Shown here: positions 58,301 through 64,000 of the stretch, in pieces
How the letters are laid out: each line of letters starts with the position of its first letter
How positions within the stretch are numbered: the stretch's first letter is position 1
From: a virus
Virus record (IMG/VR): IMGVR_UViG_3300032223_002232
Location: 96,001-160,000 of that record
DNA length: 64,000 nt
Reading direction: 5' to 3' (one strand)
Made by a program: the position numbers and the translations under genes
Notes under the pieces: generated by a model
What the model was told of the DNA's origin: nothing
Databases searched by the model: none
The model's input: the letters and a program-made list of their open reading frames with translations, nothing else

Positions 58301-59272
58301 ATGATATTCGAAGAACAAATAAGCCGTAAACCTAATCATTATCCTTGGACAGAAGAATTCATTGAAGCCATGCATAATGGTTTTTGGACAGACAAAGAAT
58401 TTAATTTTAAATCTGATGTTCAACAATTCAAAGTAAATTTGAATGATCAAGAAAGAGAAATTATTATTCGTACTCTTTCTGCTATTGGTCAGATTGAAAT
58501 TGCAGTTAAAACTTTCTGGGCAAAGCTTGGAGAAAATCTTCCACACCCATCACTTTCGGATCTTGGATATGTAATGGCAAATGTTGAAGTTATTCACAAT
58601 AATGCATATGAAAGATTAATTTCTGCTCTTGGATTGGAAGATATTTTTGAAGAGAATTTAAAGCTAGATTGGATCGAAGGAAGAGTAAAATATCTTAGAA
58701 AATATACTCACAGATTTTATAAGGATTCCAAGAAACAATATCTTTATGCTCTCATCTTATTCACATTATTTGTTGAGAATGTTTCTTTATTCTCACAATT
58801 CTATGTAATCAATTGGTTTGCTCGTTTTAAGAACGTTCTTAAAGATACAGATCAACAAGTAAAGTACACTCGCAACGAAGAACAGATTCATGGTCTTGTT
58901 GGTACTAGAATCATTAATACAATTAGAGAAGAGTATCCAGAATTATTTGATGAGGAACTTGAAGCTAAGATTGCTCATGAAGCAAGAGAAGCATTTAAGT
59001 CTGAATCGGAAATTGTAGATTGGATGGTTAATGGAATTAAGGAAGAAAATCTTACTGCTCCTATTCTCAAAGAGTTTATTAAGAATCGTATCAATGATTC
59101 TCTCATTCAAATTAAATTCAAGCCTGTGTTTGAAATTGATAAGGAACTATTAGGTAAAACCAAATGGTTTGAAGAAGAACTTATTGGAAATAATATGACA
59201 GACTTTTTCCATTCTCGTCCGGTTGAATATTCTAAGAAAGGTCAATCTTTTGATGAGAATGATCTTTTCTAA
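58301..59272 (+). CDS. nrdB: Ribonucleotide reductase beta subunit, class Id-type
   Basis: QIEIAVKTFW, EVIHNNAY, ENVSLFSQF, EEQIH, DFFHSRPVEYSK. Confidence 0.93.
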   Translation: MIFEEQISRKPNHYPWTEEFIEAMHNGFWTDKEFNFKSDVQQFKVNLNDQEREIIIRTLSAIGQIEIAVKTFWAKLGENLPHPSLSDLGYVMANVEVIHNNAYERLISALGLEDIFEENLKLDWIEGRVKYLRKYTHRFYKDSKKQYLYALILFTLFVENVSLFSQFYVINWFARFKNVLKDTDQQVKYTRNEEQIHGLVGTRIINTIREEYPELFDEELEAKIAHEAREAFKSESEIVDWMVNGIKEENLTAPILKEFIKNRINDSLIQIKFKPVFEIDKELLGKTKWFEEELIGNNMTDFFHSRPVEYSKKGQSFDENDLF

Positions 59273-59287
59273 AGGTAAATATTGAAT

Positions 59288-59464
59288 ATGAGAAATAAAG
59301 ATACAATTTTATTAGAGAATGCTTATAATTCTATTTTAGAAGCTAAAATGTGTAAATGTAAATGTGATTGTGAAGCATGTAAAGAAAAAAAGTGCAAGGA
59401 TTGCAAACATAAAAATTGCGATTGCGATTGTGAAGGTTGCGAATGTAAAAAGAAAAAAGATTAA
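59288..59464 (+). CDS. Metallothionein-like Cys-rich peptide
   Basis: 12 Cys in 32 residues in CxC/CxxC spacing; TAAATA 6 nt before ATG 59288. Confidence 0.7.
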   Translation: MRNKDTILLENAYNSILEAKMCKCKCDCEACKEKKCKDCKHKNCDCDCEGCECKKKKD

Positions 59465-59532
59465 TTCATAAAATAAAACTATAATTTGATTGCTATCTAG
59501 CATCAATTTGATAAGATAGATATATCAAATTT

Positions 59533-61209
59533 ATGAGTACCGAAACGCAGCAAACAGAGATTTATTGGCTTAACAAAGATTCTAGAAAGTTCCTCCAAAG
59601 AGGATATTTGTTAGAAGGAGAAACACCAGAGCAAAGAATTTCTGACATTGCAAAAACAGCACAGAAACTTTTAGTAGAGTTTACAGGTGATACAAAGTTT
59701 GCAAAAAAGTTTGAAGATTATATGCACAGAGGATTTTATTCTCTTGCTTCTCCCATTTGGTCTAACTTTGGTCGTAAGAGAGGTCTTCCTATTTCTTGTT
59801 TTGGTTCTCATATTCCTGACACAATGGCAGGAATTCTTGAGAAGGTTGCTGAAGTTGGAATCATGACAAAGAATGGTGGAGGTACTTCTGCTTATTTTGG
59901 TGATCTCAGAGCAAGAGGAACGGAGATTTCATCTGGTGGTGAATCTACTGGTTCAATTCACTTTATGGAGCTTTATAATAAGCTTATGAGCGTTGTATCG
60001 CAAGGTAATGTTCGTCGTGGATCATTTGCAGCTTATCTTCCAATTGATCATGGTGATATTGAAGAGTTTTTAAAGATTCGTGGTGAAGGTAACGAGATCC
60101 AAGATCTTTCAATTGGTGTCACTATTACTGATGCTTGGATGAAGTCCATGCTTGATGGTGACAAAGAGAAGAGAAGAATTTGGGGATTGGTACTCAAGAA
60201 GAGATTTGAGTCTGGTTATCCATATATTTTCTTTACTGATAATGTAAACAAACAAGCACCAAAAGTTTATAAGGATTTGAAGATGAAGATTACCCAATCT
60301 AATCTTTGCACAGAAATTATGCTTCCAAATAATGAAGATGAATCATTTGTTTGTGATCTTTCTTCAATGAATTTGGAGAAGTGGGAAGAGTGGAAAGATA
60401 CTGATGCAGTAGAGACTATGATTTATTTCTTAGATGCTGTTATGTCAGAATTCATTGGAAAAACATATGGTATGAAATTCATGGATGCTCCTCGCAATTT
60501 CGCAATTCGTCATCGTGCATTAGGTCTTGGTGTTCTTGGTTGGCATTCTCTCTTGCAGTCAAAAATGATTGCATTTGAGTCAATGGAAGCAAAACTTCTT
60601 AATTCAACTATTTGGAAAACAATTCGTGAAAGAGCAGATAAGGCTAGTATTGAACTTGCTCAATTAATTGGTGAACCATTACTCCTCAAGGGATATGGTC
60701 GTAGAAACACCACAACGCTTGCTGTAGCCCCTACAACTTCTTCCTCATTTATCTTAGGTCAGGTTAGTCCGTCTATTGAACCAAATAATAGTAACTATTA
60801 TGTTAAGGATCTTGCCAAAGGAAAGTTCTCATATAAGAATCCCTATCTCAAGAAGCTCTTAAAAGAAAAAGGTAAGAATGATGATGACACTTGGATGGAC
60901 ATTCTCAAGCATAGTGGATCGGTTCAGCATGTTGATTTCCTCACCCAAGAAGAGAAAGATGTATTCAAGACATTTGAAGAAACATCACAAAAAGAAATCA
61001 TTATTCAAGCTGCTGGTCGCCAAAAATACATTGATCAGGGTCAGAGTTTAAATATGCTTATCCCTGCTGGAACACCACCAAAAGCTGTTAATGAACTTAT
61101 TATCTTTGCTTGGGAACAGGGTATTAAGAGTCTTTACTATCAGAGATCAACCAACCCAGCAAAAGAACTTGCTCGTTCAATCATGACATGCAAATCTTGT
61201 GAGGCATAA
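59533..61209 (+). CDS. nrdA: Ribonucleotide reductase alpha subunit (short, no ATP cone)
   Basis: LPISCF, RRGS, SNLCTEI, VCDLSS, APTTSSS, KSLYY, C-terminal CKSC. Confidence 0.95.
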   Translation: MSTETQQTEIYWLNKDSRKFLQRGYLLEGETPEQRISDIAKTAQKLLVEFTGDTKFAKKFEDYMHRGFYSLASPIWSNFGRKRGLPISCFGSHIPDTMAGILEKVAEVGIMTKNGGGTSAYFGDLRARGTEISSGGESTGSIHFMELYNKLMSVVSQGNVRRGSFAAYLPIDHGDIEEFLKIRGEGNEIQDLSIGVTITDAWMKSMLDGDKEKRRIWGLVLKKRFESGYPYIFFTDNVNKQAPKVYKDLKMKITQSNLCTEIMLPNNEDESFVCDLSSMNLEKWEEWKDTDAVETMIYFLDAVMSEFIGKTYGMKFMDAPRNFAIRHRALGLGVLGWHSLLQSKMIAFESMEAKLLNSTIWKTIRERADKASIELAQLIGEPLLLKGYGRRNTTTLAVAPTTSSSFILGQVSPSIEPNNSNYYVKDLAKGKFSYKNPYLKKLLKEKGKNDDDTWMDILKHSGSVQHVDFLTQEEKDVFKTFEETSQKEIIIQAAGRQKYIDQGQSLNMLIPAGTPPKAVNELIIFAWEQGIKSLYYQRSTNPAKELARSIMTCKSCEA

Positions 61210-61210
61210 T

Positions 61211-61603
61211 ATGAAAATTGCACCAGACATAATAACTGAATTAAAAGATAATGAAATCTTTGTATTTGGATCAAATGAAGCAGGTATACATGGAGCAGGA
61301 GCAGCCAAGTTAGCTAGAGAAAAATTCGGAGCTATTGGTGGTGAAGGTTTTGGTTTACAAGGTAAATCATATGCAATTCCAACAAAAGATTATGATATTA
61401 TCACTTTAAATCTTAATATAATTAATCGTTATGTAAAAGCATTTTTAGTAGAAGCATATAGATATTCTGATTTAAATTTTCTTGTAACAGAGATTGGTTG
61501 TGGGCTTGCTGGTTATAAACCAGAAGATATTGCACCATTATTTAAAAGTTCATCAGAAAATGTTTTTTTACCAAAAAGATTTGTTGATATTTTAACAAAG
61601 TAA
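61211..61603 (+). CDS. Macro-like phage non-structural protein (A1S_2505-type)
   Basis: IFVFGSNEAGIHGAGAA, SYAIPT, VTEIGCGLAG. Confidence 0.8.
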   Translation: MKIAPDIITELKDNEIFVFGSNEAGIHGAGAAKLAREKFGAIGGEGFGLQGKSYAIPTKDYDIITLNLNIINRYVKAFLVEAYRYSDLNFLVTEIGCGLAGYKPEDIAPLFKSSSENVFLPKRFVDILTK

Positions 61604-61618
61604 TATAAAATATTACAT

Positions 61619-61918
61619 ATGATAAAAACAATTCAAACAAGAGAAGAAGCTTATATTCAATTCACAGATGAAGAAATTGCAGAGCTTGGCTTAAAGCAAG
61701 GCGATGAGTTTGAAGTATCACCAACAGAAGATGGTGGATACATCTTTAAAAAGATGGAAGAGATTGAACTTGATCTCAATGAATTCCCAAGAGAGCTTCT
61801 TGAATTGTTAATCAAGAAATCTTGTGAAAAGAATGTATCAATTAATACAATCATTAGAGATGCATTAAAGGTTTTTGTTGATAGAGATCCAGTATTTGAT
61901 AATATCAATGCAGAATAA
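61619..61918 (+). CDS. AbrB/MazE-like DNA-binding protein with C-terminal ribbon-helix-helix-like segment
   Basis: IQFTDEEIAELGLKQGDEFEV and VSINTIIRDAL. Confidence 0.6.
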   Translation: MIKTIQTREEAYIQFTDEEIAELGLKQGDEFEVSPTEDGGYIFKKMEEIELDLNEFPRELLELLIKKSCEKNVSINTIIRDALKVFVDRDPVFDNINAE

Positions 61919-62252
61919 TTTCAGATTTAGATCTTGGAATATCTTAAATAAAGATTTTATATATTGGGGTTTGTTTGATCAAGACCCAAGAGGTGAGATA
62001 ACTTTTGGTACAAGTGATCCACAACAGTCCACAGGTCTATTTGATAAAGAAGAAAAGGAAATTTACGTTGGTGATTATATCTTTTGTATAGATGATATGG
62101 AATTTTATGAAGTCTTATTTTATAAGGGCATGTATGTAATTAAGATTGTAGATGGTGATTACTCACCACTGTATGATTATACATTTGATAGTATTGTAGT
62201 TGGTAATGTGTTTAGCACAACGATTGACATACTAAAGAAAAGTTTAGGGTAG
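61908..62252 (+). CDS. YopX family protein
   Basis: FRFRSW, QSTGLFDKEEKEIYVGD, VVGNV. Confidence 0.85.
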   Translation: MQNNFRFRSWNILNKDFIYWGLFDQDPRGEITFGTSDPQQSTGLFDKEEKEIYVGDYIFCIDDMEFYEVLFYKGMYVIKIVDGDYSPLYDYTFDSIVVGNVFSTTIDILKKSLG

Positions 62253-62330
62253 GTATACCGCTAAGGAGGCGGCTTGGTCTGTAAAACCAATGTTGTAATG
62301 ACTCGTCGGGATCGTTACCCGAACTACCCA
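62247..62330 (+). tRNA. trnY: tRNA-Tyr(GTA), atypical, no encoded CCA
   Basis: Acceptor GGGTAG/CTACCC, D-stem CCGC/GCGG, anticodon arm TTGGT-CTGTAAA-ACCAA, long variable arm, T-arm TCGGG-ATCGTTA-CCCGA, discriminator A. Confidence 0.8.
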
Positions 62331-62335
62331 TACTT

Positions 62336-62986
62336 TTAATTCTTTGGCTTGAATACAGCCTTCTTGAATTTAGGTCTACGATCATCTGGTCGCCTGTTAA
62401 TGTCTTTAATAGGACAAGCACAATGCTTTTGTAAGATGCATTCAGAGCAACCATAATCAAGAAAGATATCTGGACGATGGCAAGCAAAGTTTGTAAACGC
62501 CTTACAAGCGTCTTTGTCTTTGACTAAGCTGATTGGCTCACGAGCCTTATAAAAATCGATTTTAGGCAGCGTCTCGCTAATTGCATCACGCCTTGCTTGC
62601 ATCTCTTCTCTCGTTAAGACCTGCACAACCTTATCTTTCTTTTCAACTTCTGGTTTTGGTTTGCAATTTTTACAAACAGATTCAGTTAAAACACGTTTCA
62701 TGTCACCATCAAACTTCTTCATGGCATGAGCCATACCAATTCCTTTAAGACCAATAAAGTCCGTATGGCAGACAGAACACACAACTCTATTGTGTGGTAA
62801 TTTCTTTGTTTCGTTCCAAATCTTGAGCCATTGATCAAGATTTTCTAATTGATTTATAGGAATACTCACAATTTTTCTGTCCTTTTTAGAAGGACGGATT
62901 TTCTGTTTCTTGACCTTTTTAGAAGGCTTGATTTTTAAAGCTTTTACTTTCTTTGTGGGTTTCTTGGTAGGCTTTTTCTTTTTCAT
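62336..62986 (-). CDS. Lys-rich, Cys-rich hypothetical protein
   Basis: Histone-like basic N-terminus; CSVC, CKNC and a C-terminal Cys cluster. Confidence 0.65.
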   Translation of the reverse strand: MKKKKPTKKPTKKVKALKIKPSKKVKKQKIRPSKKDRKIVSIPINQLENLDQWLKIWNETKKLPHNRVVCSVCHTDFIGLKGIGMAHAMKKFDGDMKRVLTESVCKNCKPKPEVEKKDKVVQVLTREEMQARRDAISETLPKIDFYKAREPISLVKDKDACKAFTNFACHRPDIFLDYGCSECILQKHCACPIKDINRRPDDRRPKFKKAVFKPKN

Positions 62987-63120
62987 AGGACACTATTTAA
63001 CAATAAGAGTGAAAAGATTACAAGAAAAAAAAGTGGGAAAGTTTTGATTAAAATATAAATGCAAACAATTGCACCAAATATTAAAATCAAATATCTTATT
63101 TCTTTAAACAAGTTTTTCAT
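62983..63120 (-). CDS. Unannotated 45-aa hydrophobic membrane peptide
   Basis: MKNLFKEIRYLILIFGAIVCIYILIKTFPLFFLVIFSLLLLNSVL; TTGACA-17nt-TAATAT 8 nt upstream; ATGA overlap with the next gene. Confidence 0.65.
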   Translation of the reverse strand: MKNLFKEIRYLILIFGAIVCIYILIKTFPLFFLVIFSLLLLNSVL

Positions 63121-63169
63121 TGCGTTTTATATTAGGGTATGCTATATTTAATGTCAAGGTAAATATATC

Positions 63170-63541
63170 ATGAATAATTTTAATATGTATGTCGAAAAGG
63201 TTGAAGAAGATTTAAAAGATAAAGAGTTTCAAATGTTTCTAGCAAAAAGAAAAGCTGGAGCAAGTAAACTTGCAATCCAAACAAAAAACAAAGGTGGTTA
63301 TTCCAAATTAACAGCAATTCATTATGAAGCCAAAGCAAAACCTTATGCTGAATCATTAAAACATGCTGATGATAAAAATAGAGAATCATTTTTTAAAATG
63401 AAAGCAAAAGAAGTTTATAGTAAATTGAGCAATCTTGATTCTTTATCGCAAAGAGATTTTCAATCATTGATGGGTCAATTAGAAGTTTGGGGTGAGGTTT
63501 ATATCAGATCAAAGAAACCATCAAGCATCAAGTTGGATTAA
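63170..63541 (+). CDS. Hypothetical late protein
   Basis: TAAATA 4 nt upstream; MNNFNMYVEKVEE N-terminus. Confidence 0.6.
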   Translation: MNNFNMYVEKVEEDLKDKEFQMFLAKRKAGASKLAIQTKNKGGYSKLTAIHYEAKAKPYAESLKHADDKNRESFFKMKAKEVYSKLSNLDSLSQRDFQSLMGQLEVWGEVYIRSKKPSSIKLD

Positions 63542-63916
63542 TTCTATTCCAAATTTCTTTGCAAGTTCAAGTGTTGATGGATCAAATTTATAAACTTCTT
63601 TGTAAATGATCTTTTTAATGCCATAAGCAGCTAATGACTTAAGACAGTCATTACAAGGTAATAACGTTGTAGCAGCCATGTAACACTCATTAGGTTTAAC
63701 GTAACGCAATGCATTAATTTCCGAATGAACAACATATTTCCTACGTTCACCACGATTACTCCAATCCTCTTCCATACCAGCAGGAAATCCATTGTAGCCT
63801 AATGATGCAATACTATTATCATGCCTTAGAAGACAACATCCTACAGTTTGCCAAGGATCTTTAGATTTAAGTGCTGCTACTTCAGCTAATTTAAGAGCGT
63901 ATTGATTCCAATCCAT
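63521..63916 (-). CDS. dCMP deaminase
   Basis: SKDP, GYNG, HSEINAL, PCNDC. Confidence 0.9.
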   Translation of the reverse strand: MDWNQYALKLAEVAALKSKDPWQTVGCCLLRHDNSIASLGYNGFPAGMEEDWSNRGERRKYVVHSEINALRYVKPNECYMAATTLLPCNDCLKSLAAYGIKKIIYKEVYKFDPSTLELAKKFGIELIQLDA

Positions 63917-64000
63917 ATTATGCAGTTTTTAAAAACATATTCCATTCGGCTATATTATGTTTATTTTTAATGTAAAACGTTGAAGGTAAATGTCTTGGAA

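Noticed and set aside
18866-61209. Inteins or group I introns in pol, helicase, terminase, nrdA or nrdB
   Set aside because: All have normal lengths and continuous motifs
1546-63389. Many short antisense or alternate-frame ORFs (for example 1546, 1987, 5567, 16219, 43425, 55093, 58166, 62212)
   Set aside because: They shadow well-supported genes or the tRNA and have no recognisable motifs
1-64000. Stop-codon reassignment, as in some large phages
   Set aside because: Core genes are full length in the standard code, and TAA, TGA and TAG all end plausible ORFs
1-64000. CRISPR array, Cas operon, integrase, transposase or reverse transcriptase
   Set aside because: No spaced direct repeats or diagnostic motifs seen; the Cas4-like nuclease stands alone

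Overview
A 64-kb, strongly AT-rich fragment of a large T4-like contractile-tailed (myovirus) phage genome, read in the standard genetic code; the host is probably diderm, judging from a lipoprotein spanin candidate. Layout: (i) 1-5.5 kb, leftward accessory genes including a unimolecular-spanin-like lipoprotein, a metallophosphoesterase and a GIY-YIG nuclease; (ii) 5.5-31 kb, a rightward replication/recombination module (uvsY, uvsW, gp55 late sigma, gp47, a nine-gene glycosyltransferase/methyltransferase island, gp46, a further GT, gp43 PolB, an internally deleted thyX, uvsX, gp41, a DHH protein, gp32, gp45); (iii) 31-50.7 kb, a leftward baseplate/tail module (split gp5, hub, terminase, gp53, tape measure, chaperones, tube, sheath); (iv) 50.7-64 kb, mixed genes (phoH, neck protein, acidic head-type protein, exonuclease plus AAA ATPase, class Id-type nrdB/nrdA with a metallothionein-like gene between them, an atypical tRNA-Tyr, dCMP deaminase). 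The most notable signals are: promoters of both classes (sigma70-type and late TAA[A/G]TA) placed about 4-8 nt before start codons with no Shine-Dalgarno, implying a largely leaderless expression programme; systematic avoidance of CCWGG; the glycosylation island inside the gp47/gp46 locus; and a family of late proteins with capsid-targeting-like N-termini, one of which is a 12-Cys metallothionein-like peptide. All functional calls come from motif recognition and gene order only; no searches were run.
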